NCBI GenBank assembly: GCA_034421015.1 | Contig: DAOUKT010000024.1 | Span: forward strand, 16,404-80,403 | Direction of reading: 5' to 3' | Length of the DNA: 64,000 nucleotides | Source of the DNA: Dehalococcoidia bacterium | GTDB lineage: Bacteria; Chloroflexota; Dehalococcoidia; Lucifugimonadales; UBA2985 | Notes under the pieces: model-generated | What the model was told of the DNA's origin: nothing | Seen by the model: the letters and a program-made list of their open reading frames with translations, nothing else | Databases searched by the model: none | Shown here: positions 36,890-46,096 of the stretch, in pieces | How the letters are laid out: each line of letters opens with the position of its first letter | How positions within the stretch are numbered: the first letter of the stretch is position 1 | Program-made: the position numbers and the translations under genes

Positions 36890-37210
36890 AACGCCCTCCT
36901 TTCCAAGTCGCCGCCTTCCGACTGGGCAAGCCCTTGTACGCTCCGTTTCGAAGGAGCTATCTGACCATGATGCAGCGAGTTGGGGAAACTAACCAATATT
37001 ACCACCAAACCCAGTGGTGCGACTACACCGCGCCCCTGCTGCGGGAAACCGGCTACGACGGCCATAACCAGCGTGATTACGGCGATTCTCGCGGGCGACA
37101 TCAGGATTGGGCTTCCGGAGGAGGCGCGGACAACTTCCGGAGGTCGCAAGCGGCCATTTGAAGAGACAGCGGTGGCGGGACACGTGGAATCGAGACAGCT
37201 CCAGCCCGGT

Positions 37211-37678
37211 CTAGATTCCCTGCGCTTCCTCCATGCAGTTGTAGCAGACGACGTAGAACTCGATGCGGTGTCCTACAACGGCTCCCGGAATCTCGCCGCC
37301 AATGGCCCTCACAAGCCGCTCCACGACAGCTGCACGGAACTCGCCCACCGCTCCGCACTTTACGCATACGGTGTGGTGATGGTGTTCGTTGCGGGACAGG
37401 CTGTACTTCGGAGCGCCGTCCATCAGCGCCAGCTTGCAGATGACCCCCTCTTCCAGGAGCAGCTTTATGGTCCTGTAGACCGTGGCCCTGCCCACGGAGG
37501 GAAGCTCGTCGCTGATTTCCTCTACAGTGAAACCGGACTCTTTTCCCTCCAGGTGACTTATGATTGCCTGCCTTGGAGCCGTGCACCTGTAGCCCCGGTC
37601 CTCAAGCACGGCCATCAGGTTGGGGCGGGTCGAATGCATTTCAGTTATCTTGCCGGCAACTGACTTCACGTCTTGCAT
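37211..37678 (-). CDS. fur: Fur-family metalloregulator
   Basis: 155 aa with wHTH RATVYRTIKLL and metal sites HHHHTVCVKCG and VCYNC. Confidence 0.9.
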   Translation of the reverse strand: MQDVKSVAGKITEMHSTRPNLMAVLEDRGYRCTAPRQAIISHLEGKESGFTVEEISDELPSVGRATVYRTIKLLLEEGVICKLALMDGAPKYSLSRNEHHHHTVCVKCGAVGEFRAAVVERLVRAIGGEIPGAVVGHRIEFYVVCYNCMEEAQGI

Positions 37679-37754
37679 AGTACCTATAGTCTACTACGAG
37701 GGAGATTGGGTATCAACCTTCACACATTCTTAAAAGTGCTGCCCTTATGCTAAA

Positions 37755-38360
37755 ATGTCGGGGTACGGCGCAAGGACAACGCGTCCCTCATCACACCAAG
37801 TCATGTACAATCTGCGATACAGGCGAAAATGGCGGGAGCTCCCCACTAGCAGGCCGCACGTGCGCGCCGGCGTCACCGCGGGGTCGATTGCGGCTATAAT
37901 TGCGGCGCTGGTCAACCTGCCGCTGGAGGCCCCCGCCGACACCTTTTTCAACAGCGCCTCCGTAGTCCTGGGGTCACTGGCCTTGGGCGTTGGCGCCGGC
38001 TTCCTCCAGAAGGCGCTGGAAGACCGAGAGGACACAGACACCCCATTCCTGTCCATCCTGGCCCTGGCCTTCCTGCTGGTGTGCGTCTTCGCCATTGCCA
38101 CCCAGACGCAGCTGGAGCGCTCCGTTGCGTACATTGTGCCCATTGCAGCCATCGTCTTCGTTTTGACGGGCGTGCTGACCGTTCTGCTGAACCGGGAAGA
38201 CGTCGAGCTTCCCCGGTGGGCGACAGTCGCCGCGGTGGCGCTGGCCCTTGGCATAGGGATTGCGCTGGCCGGCCAGGGCGACCAGGAGAGCGGCCGGCTG
38301 GAGCTGCCCCCCAGGTCAACAACCCAGATCACTAACGACTCTGCGCCACCGGCGCAGTAG
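37755..38360 (+). CDS. Hypothetical integral membrane protein
   Basis: 201 aa with about 4-5 hydrophobic helices. An alternative ATG lies at 37803. It sits on the same strand and just upstream of the YceI-like gene, divergent from fur. Confidence 0.5.
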   Translation: MSGYGARTTRPSSHQVMYNLRYRRKWRELPTSRPHVRAGVTAGSIAAIIAALVNLPLEAPADTFFNSASVVLGSLALGVGAGFLQKALEDREDTDTPFLSILALAFLLVCVFAIATQTQLERSVAYIVPIAAIVFVLTGVLTVLLNREDVELPRWATVAAVALALGIGIALAGQGDQESGRLELPPRSTTQITNDSAPPAQ

Positions 38361-38390
38361 GCATTCGAATAGAAAGGCACGGCCCCCAAT

Positions 38391-39167
38391 ATGCTGACTA
38401 AATCCGGGATTCTGCTCTCCGCCGTCGCTCTATCCCTTGTGCTGGCGCTGCTGGCGGGATGCGGCGAGTCCGCCGACCCGACCGCAACCCCCGCGCCGAC
38501 CTCTACGCCCGCGCCCACCAGCGCTCCGACCCAGGATACGCCCACCGCATCGCCGACGGAGACGCCCGAGACGATGGTTGAGACGCCCCAGCCGACCACC
38601 CAGCCGACGCCCACGCAGCAGGCCGAGACATCCATGAGAGCGGCCGGCGAGTATGAGGGCGTCACCTTCGTTGTCTCCGGCGGCTCGGAGGCCACGTTTA
38701 CCGTGGAGGAGCAGCTGTCGAGACTGCCTCTGCCCAACGACGCAGTTATGCGCACCACCAGCCTGTCCGGGGACGTCCGCCTGGACGGCGGTGAGTCCGT
38801 GATTCAGATAGACCTGCACACCCTCGTCAGCGACCAGGAGTACAGGGACAGGTACGTCAGGAGCCGGATGTTCGGCGAGCACCAGTTCGCCACGTTCACC
38901 GTGCCGGACGTGGGCCCGCTCCCCGAAGGCCTGGCCTCCGGCGAGGAGGTGACGACAACGGTGAGCGGCACCCTGGAAATCCGGGGCATCACGGTCCCGA
39001 TGGAGTTCGAGATTGAGGCAAGAGACGACGGCAGCGAGATGTTCATCCTCGGTCGCACGGTCTTCACCTGGCAGGAGCTGGACATACCTCCGCCCACTGC
39101 CCCCGTGGTCGTGAGCATAGAGAACGACGTGCGGGTTGAGGTGCTGCTTACCGCGGTCCCACAGTAG
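38391..39167 (+). CDS. YceI-like (polyisoprenoid-binding) lipoprotein with TP-rich linker
   Basis: 258 aa with lipobox LLAGCGES. YceI-like segments include ATFTVEEQL, LHTLVSDQEYRDRYVRS and VSGTLEIRGITVPMEFEI. Confidence 0.75.
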   Translation: MLTKSGILLSAVALSLVLALLAGCGESADPTATPAPTSTPAPTSAPTQDTPTASPTETPETMVETPQPTTQPTPTQQAETSMRAAGEYEGVTFVVSGGSEATFTVEEQLSRLPLPNDAVMRTTSLSGDVRLDGGESVIQIDLHTLVSDQEYRDRYVRSRMFGEHQFATFTVPDVGPLPEGLASGEEVTTTVSGTLEIRGITVPMEFEIEARDDGSEMFILGRTVFTWQELDIPPPTAPVVVSIENDVRVEVLLTAVPQ

Positions 39168-39188
39168 CCTCAGGCCGACCGGCAGTCG

Positions 39189-39734
39189 CTACTGCTGTAC
39201 AAACCTCCGGTACATCTCCTCCTCGGACAGGGACTCCTTGTGGTACCAGTTGGCCTCGATTACGGCGTAGACCCTCTGAAGGCCCTCCAGAATACCGGAG
39301 GTGGCCCTCAGCACGTCCTCCGTGGTCTCCAGGGGAAGCTTCACCTCGTCCATCTCCACGAGCACTGCCGAGATTGCCCTGATCAGCTCCACTGTACCCA
39401 CCTGGGTTGCGTTGTTCCGGGCGGTTGTCATGCTGTGGTAGATGGATGACGGCTCGTGGTACTTCAGCAGCATGGACAGGGAGTGGTCCGGCTCGTCAAT
39501 GTGAATGCCCCTGACACGGGCCGCGTTGACCAGGGACGCGGAGAGCGCGTGGACATCGTCCCCGTTGTCCATTGCAGCGGTTGCGAAGGTGCTTATAACC
39601 CGCGCCACGTTCTCGGCGCGCTCCAGCCACCGTCCCAGCCATATAAGGTTGTACACCCTGGAATCGGTGAGCCACCTGTCCGTGTTGAATGACCGGGCCC
39701 TTGGTTCCATCATCTCTTCCTGCTCCCCTTTCAC
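39189..39734 (-). CDS. Alpha-E domain protein (short form)
   Basis: 181 aa. NLIWLGRWLERAENVARVI is the alpha-E N-terminal signature. The protein is about half the usual family length as I recall it. Confidence 0.65.
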   Translation of the reverse strand: MKGEQEEMMEPRARSFNTDRWLTDSRVYNLIWLGRWLERAENVARVISTFATAAMDNGDDVHALSASLVNAARVRGIHIDEPDHSLSMLLKYHEPSSIYHSMTTARNNATQVGTVELIRAISAVLVEMDEVKLPLETTEDVLRATSGILEGLQRVYAVIEANWYHKESLSEEEMYRRFVQQ

Positions 39735-40636
39735 CGGTTATCGGTATCCATCAGACCCAGCGCGTCTTCGAAGGAAATCACATCTCTATCGAAGAATACT
39801 TGGGCCTTCGTAAAGTCCAGGTGTCCCGACCCTCTCGAGACAAAGGAACCTGAGACGGGCGGCACGTCCGTATAGTCCCGGCCCACTCCAAACTTCAGGT
39901 AGTCCACCCCGACGTCAACCACCACTCCCCTTGTGGGGTCGGCGGGCAGCCAGCCGGCCTCGGGATGCAGGAACTCCAGCCAGGCGTGGGTCTCTCCCGA
40001 CTGGCGCGTCAGAAGCCCGCTGACGTAGCGCACGGGAACGCCCAGGGCGCGCAGCATCCCCAGCGCCAGGTGCGTCTTGTCCTGGCACACGCCCTCCCTG
40101 GACGCCAGCACGTCCTCGGCCGTAGTGTTCACGGACGTATTGCCCCTCTGGTACTTGATCTCGTCCCTCACCCACTCCACCACTCCGTGCACAACGCCCA
40201 GGAGCGTAGAGATGCTGCCGGCGACGTATCTGGCCGCTTCGGCAACGGTCTCAGGATCTACAAGGGGGGACGACACCAGAAACTCGAAGGCGTCCAGGCC
40301 GTACTCTATGGACGACAGTGGAATGTCGATGAAGAGGGGTGACTCCGGCTCCAGGTGCACCTCCCCTATGGAGGCGATAACCAGCTCCTGGTGCGGGGAC
40401 ATGATGCGCACGCGATCGACCGCGTTGCCGAACCGGTCCGAATAGGCCACTCCCCTGCCGTCCGGTATCGTCTGGATTTCCCGGCTCTCCACCCACTGAC
40501 GGCGGTCGGCGTAGGCCGAGAGCCTGAGGAAGTTGTCGTTCTGGACCACCACGTCCGAATATGCGTACCTGGCTACGTAGGCGTAGTGGATGGGTATGGC
40601 GTTGTCGCTTACATGACGACCCAGCTCGGCTTGCAT
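39731..40636 (-). CDS. Transglutaminase-like cysteine protease family protein
   Basis: 301 aa with a Bact_transglu_N-like N-terminus, catalytic EGVCQDKTHL and a downstream HAWLEF. Confidence 0.85.
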   Translation of the reverse strand: MQAELGRHVSDNAIPIHYAYVARYAYSDVVVQNDNFLRLSAYADRRQWVESREIQTIPDGRGVAYSDRFGNAVDRVRIMSPHQELVIASIGEVHLEPESPLFIDIPLSSIEYGLDAFEFLVSSPLVDPETVAEAARYVAGSISTLLGVVHGVVEWVRDEIKYQRGNTSVNTTAEDVLASREGVCQDKTHLALGMLRALGVPVRYVSGLLTRQSGETHAWLEFLHPEAGWLPADPTRGVVVDVGVDYLKFGVGRDYTDVPPVSGSFVSRGSGHLDFTKAQVFFDRDVISFEDALGLMDTDNR

Positions 40637-42075
40637 GATCCACCTGAAGAGTTGTTGGTGACCCTGCTGGAGGCCTGGGATACCCTGGTAAGTCCTCCTG
40701 GAAATACGCTCACCTCTCCGTTGCCATTTTGAATGGCAAACACCCTCAGGTCAACATGCCGCTCCTGCAGCCGGCCGCTCTGTTCATCGAAGACCAGGTG
40801 CTTGGAGAAGTCCAGGGTCTCCTGGGCAATGAAGCTCTGGGGCTGCTCTATCACCTGCCTGGCCAGACGGCTCTTGTACATGACTCCAAGGTCAGGCATG
40901 ATGTAGACACCCAGCCCGCCGTAGCCCTGGCGAATCTTCAGAACCAGATTGTCCAGGTTATTGAGCACGTAATAGCGCTCTTCGGGAGAGCGAAGATCGT
41001 AGGAGACCGCCTGGTCAAGTATGGGTTCCTCCCCAAGGTAGCTCCTGATCATCTCGGGCGCCCACAGAAAGACCAGCTTGTCGTCACAGGCCCCGGTCCC
41101 CATTGCGTTAACCAGGACTACTTTATGGTCAAGGTAGGCCTCGGTCAATCCCGGCACGAACATGTCCAGGTCCTCAACGCGCCTGTAGACGAGATCGACC
41201 TCAAAGTCGCCGTCCATAGACCTGCACCACACCCGGCCATTGCCCCCGATGTACAGGTCAGACCCCTCAACAAGGGCTACGCCCAGAAGCTCGGACAGGT
41301 ACCTGTGCTCAAAGAAGGCCGCCCCGTACTTGCTGTCCGTGAGCAGGACGCAGGAAGGAGAGTCGTTGTCGCAGAGGGACAGGAACATGTCCTGGTACGC
41401 GGCCTTGATGTCGTAGGGGATGATGTTGTAGCCCTCCGACAGATCCGGCATGACCTGCAGTCCAATCTCCGTGGCCTTCATCTGGTAGGTAATCCCCGAC
41501 GGAATGCGGAGGTTGTCCTCCAGAATAACGTAGTTGCCGTCTCCCATGTGCACCAGGTCCACGCCGTAGATGTGCACGAAAACGTCCCTGGAAGGCCGGA
41601 AGTCCTGGAGCTCCGGGTTGTAGTAGTGGCATGAGAAGAGGACGTCTTCCGGGACTATGCTCTGCTGGCCGCAGTACAGGTCGAATAAGAACCGGTTGAT
41701 GGCCTTCAGACGCTGGGCAACGCCCTGGGAGATCCTGTCCCAGTGCTCCTTGGGGATAATCCTGGGTATCCAGTCGACCGGCACCGTGCGGAACTCCCTG
41801 GGGTCCAGGCGAAAGGTGAACGCGTCCTTGATTGAGTACTCCCTTGCCTGCTGCCAGCGTTGCTGCATCCCCTCAACGCCCAGCCTGTCCAGGTTTTCCA
41901 TCAGGCCCCGGTACACCGGCCGGACGCCGCCGTCCGTATCCAGGACCTCGTTCAATGGGTAGGCTGTTGAGAATGAATCGGTCAACATAGTAGGCTGGCT
42001 CTGCACAATGGGATCAGGAGTCTCCTCGCGTTCTCTCCGCTCATTCCCCGGAATCCCTCCTGCGAATTCCGGCAA
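40609..42075 (-). CDS. Circularly permuted ATP-grasp type 2 protein
   Basis: 488 aa, typical of the DUF404/DUF407 (CP_ATPgrasp_2) family: VRPVYRGLMENL..., NAMGTGACDDK, LVLKIRQGYGGLGV. Confidence 0.8.
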   Translation of the reverse strand: MPEFAGGIPGNERREREETPDPIVQSQPTMLTDSFSTAYPLNEVLDTDGGVRPVYRGLMENLDRLGVEGMQQRWQQAREYSIKDAFTFRLDPREFRTVPVDWIPRIIPKEHWDRISQGVAQRLKAINRFLFDLYCGQQSIVPEDVLFSCHYYNPELQDFRPSRDVFVHIYGVDLVHMGDGNYVILEDNLRIPSGITYQMKATEIGLQVMPDLSEGYNIIPYDIKAAYQDMFLSLCDNDSPSCVLLTDSKYGAAFFEHRYLSELLGVALVEGSDLYIGGNGRVWCRSMDGDFEVDLVYRRVEDLDMFVPGLTEAYLDHKVVLVNAMGTGACDDKLVFLWAPEMIRSYLGEEPILDQAVSYDLRSPEERYYVLNNLDNLVLKIRQGYGGLGVYIMPDLGVMYKSRLARQVIEQPQSFIAQETLDFSKHLVFDEQSGRLQERHVDLRVFAIQNGNGEVSVFPGGLTRVSQASSRVTNNSSGGSCKPSWVVM

Positions 42076-42224
42076 AGGAACGAGGATACCATATCATCGC
42101 TTCATTTCAAGGACGTTTCGGGAGGGTTACGGGCCGGTTACATTCCCGCGTGAGGGACGCCCAGGAGGAACGCAAATTGCCCAATGGACGCCTGGAGTTG
42201 GGGATGTCCTTAGAGAAACGTCCC

Positions 42225-43358
42225 CTACCACTGGACAAACATGGGCATCACAACGTGAACGTAGTCCTCGTTGTTGCCCACGGGCTTGACCACGCCCGGG
42301 CTGGAGGGCGTTGTGGTCTCAAGGGCCACTTCTCCCCTCTCCATTGCGCCGAGCACCTCGGTAAGGTAGCGGCTGCTGAAGGCGATCTTGGCCTCGTCGC
42401 CCTCTATCTTGGCGTCGATCTCCCCCTCGTGGTCTCCCGTCTCCTCAGCCCTGGACGAGATGACCATCTTGCCCACCGCGTCTCCGCCGGGGACCATCTG
42501 CAGGCGCACAATCCCGCCGCCGTCCCGCGCGAAAATCGACGCGGCCCGGGCGGCCCGGTTGAAGTCCTGAAGGTCCACCACAGCCCTGGTCCCAAAGCCC
42601 TGGGGCACCAGCTGCCCATAGTTGGGGAACGTGCCCTGGATGAGCTGGGAGACTATCTCCACGCCCTTCAGGTGAACCAGCAGCTGGCTCTTGGAGGGCG
42701 TAACAACCAGGTCCACGGGCTCGTCCTGGTCCGCCAGAAGACGCTGAAGCTCCGCCAGGGTCCTGGAGGGGACAATAGCGTGAGTCTCCTCCGGCACAGG
42801 CTCCAGGAGAGGCGCCTTGTACACCGCCAGCCGGAAGCCGTCGGCCCCGGCCAGGGTGAGGGTCTGCTCTGAGGCCTCCAGCTTGACTCCCGTGAGAACG
42901 GGCCTGGTGTCCTCAGTGGCCGCGGCGAAGACCACGCGGCCAATGGCCGTCCGCAGTACCTGGGGGTCGATGCGGGCCGTCATGCCGTCATCAACGGTAG
43001 GTATGGGCGGAAACTCCTCCGCGTCTGCGCCGTTGATGTGGGCCTGGGAGCGAGCGCACCTGAAGTGGACGCCCTTGGGACGCGGCGTCGACTCCATGTC
43101 TATCTTCTCGTTGGGAAGGGATGCCACGAAGTCCGACAGGAGCCTTGCGGGAACCGTGATGGCTCCCTCCTCCTCAACCATTGCCCCCACCCAGGTGGTG
43201 ATGGCAAGCTCCAGGTTCGTTGCCGACAGCTTCAGCCGGGACTGGTCGGTCTCCATCAGGACGTTCTGGGTGATTGGCAGAGTGGTGCGAGTGGCCACCG
43301 CCCGGCTGATCAGCGTCAGCCCCCGACTAAGGTTTTCCTGCAAGCACGATACCCTCAT
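42225..43358 (-). CDS. dnaN: DNA polymerase III beta sliding clamp
   Basis: 377 aa with MRVSCLQENLSRGL ... LPITQNVLMETD ... LSATNLELAI. The three-domain length is typical. Confidence 0.95.
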   Translation of the reverse strand: MRVSCLQENLSRGLTLISRAVATRTTLPITQNVLMETDQSRLKLSATNLELAITTWVGAMVEEEGAITVPARLLSDFVASLPNEKIDMESTPRPKGVHFRCARSQAHINGADAEEFPPIPTVDDGMTARIDPQVLRTAIGRVVFAAATEDTRPVLTGVKLEASEQTLTLAGADGFRLAVYKAPLLEPVPEETHAIVPSRTLAELQRLLADQDEPVDLVVTPSKSQLLVHLKGVEIVSQLIQGTFPNYGQLVPQGFGTRAVVDLQDFNRAARAASIFARDGGGIVRLQMVPGGDAVGKMVISSRAEETGDHEGEIDAKIEGDEAKIAFSSRYLTEVLGAMERGEVALETTTPSSPGVVKPVGNNEDYVHVVMPMFVQW

Positions 43359-43515
43359 TGTCCACCTTTAGAGTAGATTGAGTAAACTGCAAGTAGTATA
43401 AGTCCGACCCGTGGCATCGTCAATGAACTTTCGGGAGACTTGACGCCGGTGATAGACTTTCTACCGAAAGCCTTCAACTCCGGTCAAGTGGAGCCGCAAA
43501 TACCACGCTAGGAGG

Positions 43516-44277
43516 GTGGCTATGACCTCGACAGACTCCAGTGTGCTTCCTTCAACAAGGTCCGCAGGGATAGCCCTGATTGCCGGTCTGTTGTTGGGCT
43601 TCCTCTCATCCGCGCTCTACCCCGGGGGAGCCATAATTGATCCGGTGGAGCAGTCCGACTTTCTTGCCGTAATTGGCGTCTGGACTGACAACGCCAACCT
43701 CATCCACATTCTCACCCTGACATTCATTATCGCCATGCTGCTTGAGGCGTATGGATTCCTGGGGCTGTTTCGTCTGCTCGGCCGGCAGAGCGGATTCGCC
43801 AATGGCGCGCTTCTATTCGGGCTGCTAACGAGCCTGTTCACCTGGGGAATATTCGTCGTCGGGATGGGAATGAGACACATAGTTGTCCACATCATGAAGC
43901 ACGGATTGGGCGCGGGCCCCGCGACCCAGGCGGATATCGAAATCCTGGCTGTCACGGTATACACAGCAATGGCAGGAGTCCATTTCGCATTCCTTGCAGT
44001 CTCCCCCATTGCCACCTTGCTCACAGGAGTCGGCCTGGCCCCCCGGTTTGAGGAGATGAGCATTTACAAGCTGGCCCCCTTCGGCCTGATCCTGTCCGGA
44101 ATAGCGGGCATTGTCAACTTCCTCGTCGGCCAGATCGTCCCGAACCCCGACCTTACCCAGTTTGCGTGGACATCCGCCATACTGCTGCTGGTCAGCTCAG
44201 TGTGTCTGTTGATCATAGGTCTGGGTATGGCACAGAACCGCTACGAGTTCACCGGAGAGGACCGGTACGCCTGGTAA
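43516..44277 (+). CDS. Hypothetical integral membrane protein (about 6 TM)
   Basis: 253 aa and hydrophobic throughout. GTG start, with an alternative ATG at 43522. No confident family. Confidence 0.55.
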   Translation: MAMTSTDSSVLPSTRSAGIALIAGLLLGFLSSALYPGGAIIDPVEQSDFLAVIGVWTDNANLIHILTLTFIIAMLLEAYGFLGLFRLLGRQSGFANGALLFGLLTSLFTWGIFVVGMGMRHIVVHIMKHGLGAGPATQADIEILAVTVYTAMAGVHFAFLAVSPIATLLTGVGLAPRFEEMSIYKLAPFGLILSGIAGIVNFLVGQIVPNPDLTQFAWTSAILLLVSSVCLLIIGLGMAQNRYEFTGEDRYAW

Positions 44278-44315
44278 AGCAGGCGCACTGCCCGGAGATT
44301 ATCGCAGGCCGGGCC

Positions 44316-44550
44316 ATTCCCTGAAGGCTGTCCGGTCTCGCGTCATCCCAGGTGACCGCAGCACCCGCTATCGAGACCTTCGATAACCTCGGTTGGGACA
44401 CTTGCCTCCCCACCATTCCTGCGGAAGCAGGAATCCAGAGCGTCCGATATAGCAGGAAATAGATTCCCGCTTTCGCGGGAATGACGATAAGCGTATATTC
44501 CTGAAGGCTGTCCGGCCTCGCGTCATCCCATGTGACTGCTGCACCCGCTA
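44316..44550 (+). repeat. Family A repeat (44413-44501) bracketed by a roughly 54-bp direct repeat
   Basis: DR1 (44316-44370) and DR2 (44497-44550) are both attcc(c)tgaaggctgtccggYctcgcgtcatcccaKgtgacYgcWgcacccgcta. DR2 ends on the stop codon of the sco-like gene. Confidence 0.8.
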
Positions 44551-45192
44551 CCCCGCCAGCCTGCGGATGTCTCCGAGTACCAGGTCCATATCCCACTCCG
44601 CCGCGCCGTCGTAGTAGGCCCTCACCTGCCCTGCGCCGTCTACCAGGGCCAGCCTGTTGGTGTGGACGACGTTGTACTCATGGACGTGGACTGAGCCGTC
44701 CGCGTGAACGTGATCCAGCTTCTGCGGCACCTCCGTGTACGCCAGCTTGAAGCCGTCGGTTACGATTCCCTCCATCTCCTCCGGCGTTCCCGTCAGGAAG
44801 AGCCAGGCGTCGTGGTCGGCTCCGTAGCGCTCAGCGTACTCCAAGAGGATATCCTGAGTATCGTACTCGGGGTCTACGGAGAAGGAGAGCAGGACGACGT
44901 CCTCACCCAGGAGGCCGTCCTCCTTCAGCCTCTCCTGCACCTGGGCCATGCGAGGGGTCAGCGTGAGGCAGAACTCGGTGCAGTTGGTGAAAATGAAGTT
45001 GGCGAGGACTACCCTGCCCTCCAGGTCGTCTGAGGCCACGGTGCGGCCCATCTGGTCGGTCAGGGAGAACGGTGGAATTTCGTAGTATACGGGCAGTTCC
45101 TCGGCGGAGCAGGCCATGACCACGGGAGCCAGAAGCAGGAGTGCGCCGACGAGCCATCCCCTCGCCCCGACGATACGGGGATCAGGCCACAA
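44548..45192 (-). CDS. sco: SCO1/SenC-family copper chaperone (thioredoxin fold)
   Basis: ORF 44548..45330. The likely TTG start at 45192 gives a signal/anchor WLVGALLLLAPVVMAC. The CxxxC copper site is FTNCTEFC, with a downstream His. Confidence 0.8.
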   Translation of the reverse strand: MWPDPRIVGARGWLVGALLLLAPVVMACSAEELPVYYEIPPFSLTDQMGRTVASDDLEGRVVLANFIFTNCTEFCLTLTPRMAQVQERLKEDGLLGEDVVLLSFSVDPEYDTQDILLEYAERYGADHDAWLFLTGTPEEMEGIVTDGFKLAYTEVPQKLDHVHADGSVHVHEYNVVHTNRLALVDGAGQVRAYYDGAAEWDMDLVLGDIRRLAG

Positions 45193-46096
45193 GCGCTCTA
45201 TCCAGCACCAGGCCCAGGAACAGGGCCGCAAGGTAGAATGTGGAGTACCGAAATAGCCTGATGGCCCACACCTTCTCAAGCGTCCGATAGAGCTGTACGG
45301 AAAGGGCCACGAAGAGAACGCCCAGAACAACGGCTGTCACCAGGTACAGCGTCCCAAACAGGCCCAGGAAGGCGGGCAGCGCCGTCAGGGCCAGCAGAAA
45401 GACTGAGTACAGAAAGGTCTGTCTTGCCGTCTCCCTGTCGCCCAGCACCACCGGCAGCATGGGTATGTTCACCTTGCTGTAGTCGTCCTTGAAGACCATC
45501 ATCAGCGCATAGGCGTGGGGCGGCGTCCAGAAGAACACGATGAGAAACAGGAATATCGACGACAGGTCGATGCTGCCCGTCACCGCTACCCATCCAATCA
45601 GCGGCGGAAACGCGCCGGCCGCGCCCCCCACAACCACGTTCTGGTGGGTCCTCCGCTTCAGGTATACGCTGTAGATCAGCACGTAGTACACCCAGGCCGC
45701 CGCGCCCAGCCCTGCGACCAGTGGGCTGATCATGAGAAACAGGGGCACCGACGCCAGGCTGATGGCTATGCTGAAGACCAGTGCGTTCCTGGGCGCGACC
45801 TGGCCCAGGGGAAGCGGTCGGCGACTGGTGCGGGCCATTGCCACGTCCAGCTCCCGGTCCAGGTAGCAGTTGAACGCGCCCGCGCCGCCGGAGCACAGGT
45901 AGCCGCCCAGCAGCAGGATACCGGCCTTGCTCCAGTCCACCGCGCCCCCGTTGGCCGCCAGCATCCCGGCGGCTGTGCTGATGAGAAGCAGAACGGCAAT
46001 CCTGGGCTTGGTCAGCCGGAAATACACCCTGGCCGTTCCCAGCAGACGGGGGTAGAGGGCGGCGGCAGGCCCGGTCGACGGGAAGTAGGTCTTCAC
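45182..46096 (-). CDS. ctaB: Protoheme IX farnesyltransferase (heme O synthase)
   Basis: ORF 45182..46573, but its first 159 aa overlap ctaA. The GTG at 46096 overlaps the ctaA stop (GTGA) and yields VKTYF...YFRLTKPRIAVLLL, a typical UbiA-family start. Confidence 0.9.
   Translation of the reverse strand: MKTYFPSTGPAAALYPRLLGTARVYFRLTKPRIAVLLLISTAAGMLAANGGAVDWSKAGILLLGGYLCSGGAGAFNCYLDRELDVAMARTSRRPLPLGQVAPRNALVFSIAISLASVPLFLMISPLVAGLGAAAWVYYVLIYSVYLKRRTHQNVVVGGAAGAFPPLIGWVAVTGSIDLSSIFLFLIVFFWTPPHAYALMMVFKDDYSKVNIPMLPVVLGDRETARQTFLYSVFLLALTALPAFLGLFGTLYLVTAVVLGVLFVALSVQLYRTLEKVWAIRLFRYSTFYLAALFLGLVLDRALVA

Noticed and set aside
37745-38758. 337-aa minus-strand ORF covering the fur-proximal region.
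   Set aside because: It overlaps two plus-strand ORFs, one of which is a well-supported YceI-like lipoprotein and the other a clearly hydrophobic membrane protein. Its own translation is Ser/Ala/Val/Gly-rich low-complexity sequence with no recognisable motif.
43359-43515. Replication origin next to dnaN.
   Set aside because: No dnaA gene is adjacent, and the 157-bp gap shows only one weak DnaA-box-like 9-mer (ttgtccacc) and no AT-rich unwinding element. The evidence is insufficient.
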